A stretch of DNA of 64,000 nucleotides from the human T2T-CHM13v2.0 reference genome, Homo sapiens. The notes beneath the pieces are model-generated. The model was not told the origin of the DNA and did no database searches. It worked only from the letters and a program-made list of their open reading frames with translations. The translations under genes were made by a program, and so were the position numbers. The stretch is taken from the NCBI RefSeq assembly GCF_009914755.1, contig NC_060927.1. The stretch is one strand, 5' to 3'. The number at the start of each line of letters is the position of its first letter. Within the stretch, counting starts at the first letter, position 1. Below are positions 18,850 through 32,552 of the stretch, in pieces.

Positions 18850-19824
18850 TCCTTTTTTTTTTTTTTGGGAGAAGAGACTGGGAGGAGCATGAAAGGAATT
18901 TTGTTAACTTATTTAAGGGGAGAACCATAAAACTGTCTATCTACCCATATTTTTTATATTCCTTTTATATAATGTGTATAATTTACTGTTCAGAAGTATG
19001 ATTGGTTTCATTTAAATCATATGCATTTTCTAATTATTGCTTGCCTCAAAAATTATGGGAAAGAAAAGTCCTGAGCCATTTGGCACTTCACCTATATAAA
19101 CAGATGAATGAGTGTTTTATAATAAACATGTGCATGTTTATAATAACAAGTGAGATTGTCCTGATAGGCTGGTAGCAGTAACCACACCGAATATTTGCTG
19201 AGTAGTTGCTATTTGCAGGCACTATGAGAAGCACTTCACTCACCTAATCCTTACCTCAAACCTCAGAAGCAGTTACTGCTATTATCCTGTTTTGTAGAGG
19301 AAGATAATGAGCCTCATTAAGATTACTTGTGAGCTAAAGCCCCCACAGCTAGCGATCCTATTCAGTCCGACTTCAGATGCTACACTTTGTTTGGGATCAG
19401 TCTCTGTTGTCAGGATGGAGAATTGGAAGGGCACTAGAAAGGATTCAGGAAACCACAGAAGGACCTGTTGCAGCTGTCTAGCTAAGAGATGATGGAAGCT
19501 GGGACTAGAATTTTGAAGGTGAAAGTATAAGGAAATGGAGGGAAATGGTTAGGTCTCGGTAATGGCTTTGATATGGACATGAGGAAGAAGATGTTATTGA
19601 GAACTGGGTTTTTGTTTGACATGGTGGAGGAAAAACATCCATCAAAACTTAGCCTGATTCCTTATTAGAGAAAAGCCAGTCAGAATTAGTGGAAGGTAAG
19701 GAATGAAGACACATTTTAAAGGAAACAGTTTCATGATTTTCAGGAAAAAGAACCGGGCTATAAAATGATTTCCAGGTCTGCCCTGAGCACTTGCGCAATA
19801 AAGAGTTAGAAACGGTGTGCAATT

Positions 19825-20162
<338 letters not shown>

Positions 20163-20808
20163 TCACTTGGATCGCAAATGGTGCTTCTCAAGTGTTTGAA
20201 GGTGATTAAAAGCACTTTGTTTTCTAAGCCGTTTAAATATTCCCTTTGGAAATCTTGTTAAACTCATTTGCTTCCCAAACTCTTTCTCTTTAAAAAGAGG
20301 AAAAGATAAACTTCAGCTGAGCCTCTGTCTCAATGAGGCTTTACTCGATTAGAAAATATTGACCAGCTGCATTAGCCCGTGTCTTCTTCTATGGTCAATA
20401 GAGTTACTTTCCACAGGCGCTGAATCTGCAATCCACAAAGTCTTAGCTGGTGTTAATGACCGTTTCAGTGACTGCTCCAGCTACTATTTTGCATTCTGCC
20501 AAATAGGCTGATGGGAAGAGGGTAGGGATTAGGGGCAGAGTCTCATCCCATGCCTTGGGATGGACAACAAATCCCAGATCCTGGAACCATATTGTGGTAA
20601 AGATATTTCCCCTAACACTTGAATACCTATTCATGCTAGACTTCTGAATGTATTACCTTTAGTCTTCACAACCATTAGACAAGAATATTTTATTTTGTCC
20701 ATTTTGCAAATGACAGAATCAAAACTTCAGCCCTGCATATCCAAATGTCTGCTGGCCCTCTTTACCTGTGCATCATACTAGCAACCATCCAAACAACTAA
20801 TTATATTC

Positions 20809-21110
<302 letters not shown>

Positions 21111-21258
21111 TAATTATATTCTTTCCTTCCTCCTGTTATTGATATGACAGCAGCCATCTATGATTAGAAATCTAGGCTCATTCTTGATTCCTCCTCTCTC
21201 TTAACCTAAATAGACCCTATCAATTGCTAAATTTTAATGGTTTTCCTCCTACTACGTC

Positions 21259-22119
<861 letters not shown>

Positions 22120-22216
22120 ACCTCCTAGCCTGGTTCACTGTGTCCCAATCTCTCACCTCCTAGCTGGCCTCCATACCTTTAGTTTAATTCATATTCCCTC
22201 CTCAACCCATGATTTA

Positions 22217-22645
22217 CAGCAGTGGTTCCCAAAAGCAGGTCCATAAACTGAACCCTTGGGAAGGTTGTTAAAAATATAGGTGCCAGGGGAGGGTTAGAAG
22301 GGGTGAGGGATTAAAAATTACCTCTTGGGTATAGGGTACACTGCTCTGGTGAGGGGTATACTGAAAGCCCAGACTTCACCACTATACAGTTTATCCATGT
22401 AACCCAAAACCACTTGTACCACTAAAGTTATTGAAATTTTAAAAAAAGATATCACCTAGCAGAAAAAACAAAACTAATCACATGATTCTGTTCATTAATA
22501 CCCCTTATAATCTTCTGTTTTGCTTCTGCATATGTGACCAATATAAACATTTTTATGTTAAAAACAAAAAATAGGTGCCTGGGCTCTACCCCTATAGATT
22601 CTGATTCAGAAAGTCTAGTGGATCTATGCTTTATAACTTACCACC
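22217..22645. mobile_element. MER5A hAT MITE split by an L1 insertion
   Basis: cagtggttccc...ttgttaaaaat and cctgggctctacccctatagattctgattcag. Confidence 0.7.
22285..22571 (+). mobile_element. 5'-truncated L1PB3/4 3' end with ~110-bp 3' transduction
   Basis: gaaagcccagacttcaccactatac...ccacttgtaccactaaag, then unique sequence, a second A tract, and TSD ataggtgcc. Confidence 0.8.
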
Positions 22646-22646
22646 T

Positions 22647-22930
22647 GGCCAGGCCCAGTGGCTCACACCTGTAATCCCAACACTTTGAGAGGACAAGGTG
22701 GGAGCACTGTTTGAGCCCAGGGTTTGAGATCGCCCTAGGCAACACGGTGAAACCCTGTCTCTACCAAAAAATCAGCCAGGCGTGGTGGCGCACACCTGTA
22801 GTCCCAGCTACCCAGGAGGCTGAGGTGGGAGGATCACCTGAGCCTGAGGAGGTGGAGGCTGCTGTGAGCTGTGATCACGCCACTTCACTCCAGCCTGGGC
22901 AACCGAGTCAGATGCCATCTCAAAAAATAG
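22647..22930 (+). mobile_element. AluJ
   Basis: Dimeric J-type Alu. Confidence 0.9.
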
Positions 22931-23464
22931 AGTAAATGAATAAGCAAAACTTTACGGCATGTTGAAAGCTACAGAATTGCTATAGAGAAGAAACTCAGGA
23001 TCGGAATTTGAGAGAGTGACCCATAGGAGAATTACCATAAAATTGTCTGCATAACAACCACACTGCTTTTACGTTGCCTCTTACAGATCAACAAAAATAG
23101 CAAAGTTTTCTATTTCTAAGGTGTTTTTATTCATATATTACATAGTTTTAAAACAATTGTGTTTTAAATTAGAAGTAGCTTTCAGGGATTGATGCAGGTT
23201 AGTGACGGGAGAGAGAGAAGGCTAAAACCTTCCTGCTCCACATCCCACCTTATTATCCTATTGTTTTTCTCATGCCCAGTTAGTTTTGGGGACCTCTCAT
23301 TCTGACTATAAACTTATTAAGGACAGAGATTGTGTCTCATTCCATATATAATCCCCAGCACCTAGGACACTGGTATATCGTTGGCATTCAATTAATGTAT
23401 ATTCAATAAATGTTCAATTAATCGATGAACAAATGGAATAAATGCTAGTACAAAAGACTTTGTT

Positions 23465-23760
23465 GGCTGTGCATGGTGGCTTACACCTGTAATCCCAGCA
23501 CTTTGGAAGCCGAGGTGGGTGGATTGCTTGAGGTCAGAAGTTCGAGACCAGCCTGGCCAACATGGTGAAACCCTGTCTCTACTAAAATGAAAAAAATTAG
23601 CTGGGCATGGTGGCAGGTGCCTGTAATCCCAGCTACTTGAGAGGCTGACACAGGAGAATTGCTTAAACCCAGGAGGCGGAAGTTGCAGTGAGCCAAGTTT
23701 ATGCCACCAGGTGACAGAGTGAGACTCAGTCTAAAAAATAAAATAAAATAAAATAAAAAA
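23465..23760 (+). mobile_element. AluS
   Basis: Dimeric Alu with a small deletion in the right arm; TSD aaaaga(c/g)tttgtt. Confidence 0.92.
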
Positions 23761-23839
23761 AGAGTTTGTTGAGTTGTTACTAAAAGACAACCTACATTGA
23801 TGAGAACCCAAGACTAGGGATTAAAGGATCTCTTGGTTT

Positions 23840-24077
23840 TGGTGGCAAAGATGGGTGGTTTGCTTGGCCTAGGAGTTTGAGGCCAGTGTGGGCAACATGG
23901 TGAAACTCTGTCCTTACAAAAACCACAAACATTAGCTGGGCATGGTGGCATGTACCTCTAGTCCCAGCTATTCATGAGGCTGAGGTGGGAGGTTCACCTG
24001 AGTCCAGGGAGGTTAAGGCTGCAGTGAGCCATGACCACACCACTGCACTCCAGCCTGAGTGGCAGAGTGAGACCCTG
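23840..24077 (+). mobile_element. AluJ fragment (no 5' end, no tail)
   Basis: Partial Alu consensus. Confidence 0.85.
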
Positions 24078-24209
24078 TGAGCATTTGCTGTTGAAGAGTG
24101 TACAGATGCCTGTGATGCAAGCCTAAAGTGAACACAAACACTTCTAGGCAGTCAAAAGCCAAGCAGACGTACATTATTTTGTATCTGTCTAGATATGGGA
24201 TATACAGAT

Positions 24210-24425
24210 AATAGCAAACACCTGAGAAGCACTTACTATGTCCCAGGCACTGTTCTAAGCACTGCACATGTATTAACATGTATGTGTATCATCTCATTTA
24301 ATTTTTACAAGAACCTTAACATCTCATGAAAATTCCATCTTCCAATGATGAAATAATGTAGTTAAATAACTTGCTCATGGTCACAAAGTTAGGGAGTGGA
24401 TTCAAACCTGGGCAGCCTAGTTCTA
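24210..24425 (-). mobile_element. MIR SINE
   Basis: gcacttactatgtcccaggcactgttctaagc...ggattcaaacctgggcag. Confidence 0.8.
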
Positions 24426-24449
24426 AATTAGGTAACAAGAGAAAGTAAA

Positions 24450-25265
24450 TATGCTGAGTTGTATAACTATCATCATAACACAAGCTAGAACATTGTCGTT
24501 ACCCCAGTAAGAAGCCACATGCCTGATTAAGTTAATCCCTCTTCCCACCTCCAGCCATAGGAAATCACTAATCTACTTTCTGTCTCTATAGATGTATTTT
24601 TCCGATACATTTCATGTAAATGGAATCATACAGCATGTGCTCTTTTGTGTCACCTTCTTTCATTTAGCATATTTTGTAGATTCATCCATGTTGTAGCATG
24701 TATTCGTGGTTTGTTTTTTTTTTTTTGAGGTGGAGTCTCGCTCTGTCACCCAGGCTGGAGTGCAGTGGCATGTTCACAGCTCACTGTAACCTCCACCTTC
24801 TGGGATCCATTGATCCTTCCACCTCAGCCTCTTGAGTAGCTGGGACTACAGGTGCACACCACCATACCTAGCTAATTTTTTGTGTGTGTGTGGAGACGGG
24901 GTTTCACCATGTTACCCAGGCTGGCCTTGAACTCCTGAGTTCAAGTAATCCACCAATCTTGGCCTCCTAAAGTGCTGGGATTACAGGCATAAGCCAGTAC
25001 TCCTGGCCTTCTTTCCTTTTTATGGCTGAATAACATTCCATTGGGCAGCTCTACCACATTTTGTTTACCCATTCACCAGTTGATGCATATTTGGGTGGTT
25101 TCCACTTTTTGGCTATCATGAATAATGTTGCTATGAATATTCATGTACAAGATTTTTTGGGGATATATGTTTTTATTTCTCTTGGAATAGATTCTTAGAA
25201 ATGGAATTGCTTGATGGTATGGTTGTTTTGTTTACTTTTGCTTATGTTTAATGTTTAAGAAACTA
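24450..25265 (-). mobile_element. L1MB-like 3' fragment, interrupted by AluJ (24711-25008)
   Basis: actaatctactttctgtctctataga; attcatccatgttgtagcatg; ttccactttttggctatcatgaataatg. Confidence 0.85.
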
Positions 25266-26306
25266 TGGCCTGACATTTAAGCCAAGATCTGAAGGCTGAG
25301 AAAATACAAGGGTAAAGGAAGGGAAAATGTTCTATGCAGTGAGAAAACCACTAGTTTCTGTGTTTCGTATGTGGTATCTACAAAGAAATAATTATTGTAT
25401 TTTGTGTCTAAAACCCCACGCAAAATAGTGTTATCAAAGGAAATCTGTCCATTTCTTATGATGATAAATGTGCCTACATCACAGCCAGGTAGCCTTTCCC
25501 CAATGTGAACTGAAATATTCTATGAGAAATTGTTACAAAAACAAAATCCAAACTAATTAAAAAAAAAAAACAAGACAAAGCAAGCAAACGAGCAAAACCC
25601 CAAACTCTGGCCCTGTTAGTCTTAAATAGAGGGTTGTATGCTAAAATGTCCATGACTATTCCTTCTATTCTGTCTTCTTCTGTTTCAGCAAGTTTATCAC
25701 GTCAATGCAGAGCAATAATATTTGCAGTCTGAAAGCCTCAGCTCTGTTTGCATTGCTTCCCAGAATAATGGTGTTCGGTGAAATGGAGGAAAATAATCAC
25801 ACTCAAGCCATGTTTTTCCAATATGCTTTCCCCCTTTTTGTCAAATTGTGTTAAGGTTTTGTATGTATGTATGTGTTTTCCCTTTCTATGTGCTTTTCAG
25901 TGTGAGACAGAGCAAGTATTCATGACTCTGGCAGTTCAGCCCGTCGGTTGAGTACACAATACATTGGTTAATCCAAGGTGACCTGCGGGTTGAAACTCCG
26001 TTTGCAAAGGCAGCTGCAGTACAACCACCAGGCAATTACGACATTATAAGCCATGAGTGTAAAGCTAGAGAGATAACTTCTAAAAGGCCCCAAAGAGTTT
26101 TTACTTCTTAGGCTTATGACCAGAAATTCATGGCACATTAAGTTTTCCATCTGAAAGCTAGGAGAATCCCTTGTCACACCTTCTAACTTCTAAGACATTG
26201 CAGAGAGAAAATGTCAGGATTTCTCTGGATGAAAAGTATTCTCCAAGTATAGTGATAAAATTCCAGCTTCTTCTCTGTACTTTTAAGATTAAATAAGAGG
26301 GAGGGA

Positions 26307-26585
26307 GGCCAGGCGCAGTGGCTCATGCCTGTAATCCCAGCACTTTGGGAGGCCGAGGTGAATCACCTGAGATCAGGAGTTGGAGACCAGCCTGGCCAAC
26401 ATGGTGAAACCCCGTCTCTACAAAAATACAAAAATTAGCTGGGGGTGGTGGTGGGCGCCTGTAATCCCAGCTACTCAGGAAGCAGTGGTTGCAGTGAGCT
26501 GGGATCATGCCACTGCACTCCAACCTGGGCAAGAGAGCAAGACTCCATCTCAAAAAAGATACTCAATAAATAAATAAATAAATAA
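26307..26585 (+). mobile_element. AluS with internal deletions
   Basis: Alu consensus with ~30 nt missing from the right arm. Confidence 0.9.
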
Positions 26586-26611
26586 CAGGGAGGGATTGGT
26601 GGTATATCTGG

Positions 26612-27327
26612 GGCTATGGTTTGGATGTGGCGTGTTTGTCTCCAACAAATTTCATGTTGAAATTGGATCCCCAGTGAGGTAGTGTGGGGAGGTGGGGCCT
26701 TGTGGGAGGTGTTTGGATCATGGAGACAGATATAACAGTTCTTGCTCTCTCAGGAATGGATTCATTCTCACCAGATTGGTTGTTATAAAGCCAGGATGAT
26801 TCCAGGTTTGATCCATCTTCACACGTGTCTGGTGCCCATTTGACTTTCTCCACCATGTTTTGATGCAACTCAAAAGCCCTTACTAGACCAGGAGCAGTGG
26901 CTCATGCCTGTAATCCCAGCACTTTGGGAGGCTGAGGCGGATGGATCACCTAAGGTTAGGAGTTCGAGAACAGCCTGGCCAACATGGTGAAACGCTGGCT
27001 CTACTAAAAATACAAAAAAGTTAGCCGGGATTGGTGGTGGGTGCCTGTAATCCCAGCTACTCGGGAGGCTCCGGCGGGAGAATCACTTGAACCTGGGAGG
27101 CGGAGGTTGCAGTGAGTGAGATCACACCATTGCACTCCAGCCTGGGCGAAAGAGACTCCATCTCAAAAGACGAACAAACCAAAACAAAAGCCCTTACCAG
27201 AAACTAGGGAGACACCAGCCCTGTGCTGCTTATGCAGCCTGCAGAACTGTGAGCTAAATAAACCTCATCTTTATAAATTACCCAACCTCAGGTATTCCTT
27301 TATAGCAACACAAAACAGACAAAGACA
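26612..27327 (+). mobile_element. MSTB-type MaLR LTR, interrupted by AluS (26885-27190)
   Basis: gctatggtttggatgtgg...catgttgaaattggatcccc...ttataaattaccca...tatagcaacacaaaacagacaaagaca. Confidence 0.85.
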
Positions 27328-27329
27328 TC

Positions 27330-27890
27330 TGCTTAGAGGACAGTAGTGGCCATTGTTTTCATCATCCGCTTAAAATTCTTGCCCCTGTCTTTTAGAAATG
27401 GCCAGTTGGTTTTCCTTTGTGTAATAATGACATTCTCAAATTTGTTTGATTTGGTTGATCTGACTCCACTACTATGCACCGTGGGTAGGCACATGACGCA
27501 GACCTGAGTAACTGGAGAAAGGCATGTCCCTGTTCACAGTGATTGGCTCAGAAATGGGCATGTAGCCCAAGCTGGGATCATGAGAAGCCTGAGCTTTTGC
27601 TGAAAGAGTCAGGAGAGGTACCCTCTTTCCTGTCGGTTGTCAGGCTGCTACTAAACATCTTCTCTGGTGCAAGGGGGTGCCCTGTCTGTAACAGGAGAGA
27701 ATAAAGCAAACAGAGAGGAAAGCAGGACCCAGAGATGGAGAAGAATAGTGGCATCATCTCAGAATCAGGAGCCAGCTATGCTGACACCTATACAGACCTT
27801 GGACCATTTGACTTTAAGCCAGTAATTTTTTCTGTGTTGTTTGGATGGGAGGAAGTTCTGCTACATGCAACCAAAAAAATTCTGACCAAT
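27330..27890 (+). mobile_element. MLT1J/K/L-type MaLR LTR
   Basis: cacagtgattggctcagaaatgggcatgtagcccaa...ttctgctacatgcaaccaaaa. Confidence 0.6.
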
Positions 27891-27960
27891 TTAGGGGCCA
27901 CCCAAAGCTCAGTGTAGTGCCAGAAGAAAATGGATTTTCTCCCTATTTTTAACCCCCAAC

Positions 27961-28070
27961 TTTGTTTTTGTTTGTTTGTTTGTTTTTGTTTTTTTGGGAC
28001 GGAGTCTCACTCTGTTGCCCAGTCCAGAGTGCAGTGACGGGATCTCGGCTCACTGCCACCTCCGCCTGCT
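27961..28070 (-). mobile_element. 5'-truncated Alu
   Basis: Tail plus ~70 nt of right arm; TSD taaccc(c/a)caactttg. Confidence 0.85.
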
Positions 28071-28188
28071 GTAACCCACAACTTTGAATCAACATAGGAA
28101 TTCCAAAATAATCTCATCACATGAAGTTGGTTTCAGGATGTTTTTGCTTTACCTATATATAGGTGCCATACATAAAAATCTCAGCAGG

Positions 28189-28496
28189 TAGCCAGGCACA
28201 ACAGCTCACACCTATAATCCTAGTGCTTTGGGAGGTCAAGACAAGAGGATCGCTTGAGCCCAGGAGTTTGAGATCAGCCCAGGCAACACAGCGAGACCCC
28301 ATCTCTACAATCAAATAAAAAAAAATTAGCCAGGCATTGTGGGGTGTGCCTCTTAGTCCTAGCTCCTCAGGAGGCTGAGGTGGGAGGATCACCTGAGCCC
28401 GGGAGTTTAAGGCTGCAGTGGGCTATGATGGTGACACTGCACTCCAGCTTGGGTGACAGAGGGAGACCTTGTCTCTAATAAATAGATAAATAAAAA
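28189..28496 (+). mobile_element. AluJ
   Basis: Dimeric J-type Alu. Confidence 0.92.
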
Positions 28497-28758
28497 CTTG
28501 ACAAGTTAAAAGTGAAAGAATCCCAGTGACTCGTGACCTAAAAAGGTAAAGTAACTGTCCCAGGGCCAAATGTTGTATTATGATTGAAGTGTCATGGTAT
28601 CAGAGCCTTCTACTCTCTTTCATTATCTTTAGTGAAATGGGTTTCAAAATCTAATATTGTACACAGAAGTGGTTTTAAAATCAACATATCAATTACCAAA
28701 TAATGATCAACTTAAAAAAGAAGTAAAATAGGATCCATAGCATCAGAACACATCACAT

Positions 28759-28794
28759 ATCACTTCTTGGCCTTTTGGCTAAGATCTAGTGCAG
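28759..28794 (+). pseudogene. U2 snRNA 5'-fragment retropseudogene (RNU2-type, 3'-truncated, tailless)
   Basis: atcacttcttggccttttggctaagatctagtgcag vs U2 ATCGCTTCTCGGCCTTTTGGCTAAGATCAAGTGTAG (4 mismatches in 36); TSD cagaa(c/t)acatcacat. Confidence 0.92.
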
Positions 28795-29641
28795 AATACA
28801 TCACATATAATAAGGATAAGTAATATTTTATAAAGTTTGTTTCCATGGTATATAAACATAAATATATATGCACATACATGTAGATGTCCATGGAGTGAGT
28901 CTGATATGTATGCCGTACTTTTTAACTGTCGTTCCCTGGCTAAGCTTAAAAGCTTCTTTCGTGCATACTTGGATTTCCTTTATAAGGATGTTTTCATCTA
29001 AAAGGAAAAAAAAAAAGTACATTTTTCATACCAGTAAAGGGTCACCTGGCATTCCAGTCAAGCTAGCCCACGTGGATGGCCTGGATTCTAACAAAGTTTC
29101 TGTGCCTGAGTTATGAACACAACATTTTTCTGTTTGTCTTCCACACCACTGAGCTACCAGTAACAAGAGTGTGCTTTTGGAAGGCTTTTGGGATTCTTTG
29201 GGGAATGAAAGTGCTGCATAAAATCAAGTCTGGTCTGTTTATGGATGTAATTCCCTGTGCCCAGAGATCAGGATGTGCACTGCGGTCTGAATTACATTGC
29301 ATCTGATTCTCATTAACTGCCTGTGATTTTCCCCCTGGATCCGGTTTCTCTGCCTTTTCTGAATTACTGTGCACATGGCTGGCTTCCGCAGATTGCTCAG
29401 CCCTGGTCATCTGCAATTGAGTCCACTGCTCTGTTATAACCCATGCTGCAATTTGAGTGGACCCATATCAGAAGTGTTTTAGGCATAAACATTCTGTCTA
29501 ATGATTAAAGGGACTCCCTAAGCTAAATGCTGCTCTTTAGAGAGTTTATTACCAATCACTATGGAAAAGGGATAGATTTGATTTCTTAAGCCTGGAGAAG
29601 GAGAGCTGGACAATAAGTGTGTATTACCAAACCTTGTATGA

Positions 29642-30018
29642 TGCTGTCGGCTGAATTGTTTCCTCCTCAAATGCATATATTGAAGCACTAACCCCTAATA
29701 TGATTGTACTTGGAGGGAAGGCTTTGAAGAGGCAATTAAGGTCATAGGAGGTCATAAGGGTGGGGTCCTAATGCAATAAAATTGGTGGCCTTCTAAGAAC
29801 AGGAAAAGAGAAAGATCTTGCTCCTTTTCCACATGTGCAATGCATGCACCTGAGGAAAGACCAGCACATAGTGAGGTGGCCATCTGCAAGCCTGGGAGAG
29901 AGCCCTCACTAGAACCTCATCTCAGGCTTCCAGCCTCTAGGACTGTGAGAAAATTCAGGTCTGTTGTTTAAGCCACCAGGTCTACAGTGTTTTGCTATGG
30001 CAGCCTGAGCTGAATGAT
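29642..30018 (+). mobile_element. MLT1A-type MaLR LTR
   Basis: gctgaattgtttcctcctcaaatgcatatattgaagcactaacccc...ttccagcctctaggactgtgagaaa...ttgctatggcagcctgagctga. Confidence 0.85.
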
Positions 30019-30084
30019 AGCTAGCAAGCAAGGCCTATCTCAATCTTTTTTAGTACCAGGAAAAGGTTGCAGATTTCTTATTAA

Positions 30085-30815
30085 CCTAATAAATAAGTAT
30101 ATAGTGCCTACTATGTGCCAGGCATGTTCTAAATCCTTAACAATTATTAACTCGTGCAATCTTCACAACACACTCAGTCAGGATGAGCTAAGTTATGCTG
30201 CAGTGACAACTCCTGGATTTCAATGTTTAGAACCTCATGTGTATATTTCTCCCTCACACTTGTCTCTTCCTTGGATCTGGTAGGAGAAGGTAGGATAGGG
30301 GACCCTTTTACCTGGAAATGACACTTCCCTTGTGCTCACTTTTCTTTGGCTAAAGCAAGTCACAGGCTTCCTTTAACTTTGAAGATGGGGAAGTGCTATC
30401 CTGCCATGTTTCTGGAAGGAAGAGAACCAGACACATTTGTTGAACAGCAAAAATGACTACTGAAACCATTTTATGAAGAATATGCTTTTGCTGTTCCTAT
30501 TTTACAGATGAGAAAACAAACACAGACAGTTTGTGTAACTTATCCTAGATCACAAAACTAGTAAACAGAGTCAGGTTACCAGGCTTAGCAAATCAAAATA
30601 CAAGACACCCAGTTAAATTTGAATTTCAGATAAACAACAAATAAATTTTTAGCAGAAATATGTCTTAAATCTGCATATGGGATATATTGATACTAAAAAA
30701 CTATTTGTTGTTTATCTGAAATTCAAATTTAAGTGGGTGTCCTGTATTTTATCTGGCAACCCTAAGCCAGGCAATCCTCAGCCAGGATTTGAACCCAAGT
30801 ATTTTGGCTCCAGAG
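30085..30815 (-). mobile_element. MIR interrupted by an MLT1 fragment (~30170-30460) and MER53
   Basis: tgcctactatgtgccaggca; attttacagatgagaaaac; ggatttgaacccaag. Confidence 0.7.
30572..30764. mobile_element. MER53 palindromic MITE
   Basis: Long inverted arms ttaaatttgaatttcagataaacaacaaata / tatttgttgtttatctgaaattcaaatttaa; ends ...tctggcaacccta. Confidence 0.9.
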
Positions 30816-32043
30816 ATGAATATTCTATTCAATACTGTTCTTTTGCTTCTGCAACCTTCTTTTGTTCCTCTGCTGATGTTAATTTAATATTTGTTCCTGA
30901 ACCATATGAATAAGGCTGAAAGCAAATTTGAGGTCTTCTCTATGAGGATGGGGATAAAGAGCATTTTGGAAATGTTTTCCCACTGATAGTTTCACGTAGA
31001 GTCCTGGGAGCTGGGGTGCGGGGGCCTGGGGGTATAGGAGGAAATGGAATCTCTCCTGTAAAAGTGAACCTGTCCACTTTCAGATGTGTCTAGTGATCTG
31101 CCTCCTAATGTTTCTTAGCTAATGGAAGGGGAAATGTGGGGCAGATAATCAAAATGACAGTTAATCCCCAAAACTTTCCCCTGTAACTTTGAAGTGTGGC
31201 ATGTTTGCCTTTTAAATTTTGAGGCACTTAGGCTGATAATAAAATTAGTTTGCATTCTCTGACCACAGTAATTGAGGATTCAGGCTTGAGGAGTTGGCTC
31301 CACACCAGTGGTAGACAGTGGGCATATAATTATGTATTTGAAATGAAAAAGAAAATTATGTATGTGAATAGGGTGAGTCTGAAGGGGAGTGTAAAGCCAG
31401 CTTAAGACCACATTTTTCAGTTATTTTCCCACAAGGTTGATAGTCGATATGCAAATAAGTGTTTACAGTGATAATAGCTGATACATGATTAACATCTAAG
31501 AAATACTTATTAATTGCCTGGCACAGAGCCTGGTATAAAGTAGAAATTAAATATTTGTTAAATCAATGAATGATTGACACCCTATAATGTAGATGCTCTC
31601 CGTTGCCCTATTTTACAAATGGGGAATCGGAAGTTAGGCTCAGTGACCATCTGATTAAAATCAGGCTATCTTCTTCTTCTTCTTCTTTTTTTTTTTTTGA
31701 AACCAGGCCAACTGCTAAAGATCTTTGGGCCTAGGCAAGAACTTTGATTTATCTGAGAATTAGTCTGCAGAGTTCCTAGTTCTTGATTACTACTTCTCTT
31801 GATTTGAGTTGGCCTTCAAAGAGTTTGAATCAAGCAGCTGAAGCTTGTGACTCATTCCCTCTATTAGGAATAATGGCTAATAAGCAATTAGGAAGAATTG
31901 ATTAACATGTCTGAGCCCTTGGATAAAAAAATAGCTAAGTATAGAAGATTAACATTTCATTGTTGTTATGTGGCCTGAGTTTCACTTAATTCCCTGCAAA
32001 AGGACACAGAATCTTTCCCTAGATGAGGTTTCAAAGCAAGGGC

Positions 32044-32390
32044 CAGTCATCATTCAGTATTCAAGGGGGATTGGTTCTAGGACCCTGGTGGGGAGTAAAA
32101 TGCAAGGATGCTCAGTCCCTTTAATTAAATGGAGTATTATTTGCATATAACTTATACACAACCTCCTGTATACTTTTTTCTTTATTTTTTATTTTTTAAT
32201 GAGATGGAATCTCACTATGTTGCCCAGGCTGGGCATGAACTCTTGGGCTCAAGCAATCCTCTTGCCTCAGCCCCAGCAAAGTGTTGGGATTACAGGCGTG
32301 AGCCACCACACCCAGCCACATCCTCCTGTGTACTTTAAATTATCTTTATATTACTTATAATACCTATCCAATGTAAATGCTATGTAAATA
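32044..32390 (+). mobile_element. MER2 (Tigger family), interrupted by FLAM (32174-32317, minus)
   Basis: gggggattggttctaggaccc...tatttgcatataac...ttacttataatacc. Confidence 0.82.
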
Positions 32391-32552
32391 AAGTCAAACA
32401 TCGCTTTATAATGGGGATACCTTCTGAGAAATGCATTAGAGTATTTCCTCATTGTTCAAACATCATAGAGAGCACTTATACAAACTTGGATTGTGTAGTC
32501 TGCTACACACGTAGGCTGGATGGTATAGCCTAATAGCCTGTTGCTCCTAGGC
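32391..32552 (-). mobile_element. Tigger3-type fragment
   Basis: atggggataccttctgagaaatgcatt...gttgctcctaggc. Confidence 0.7.
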
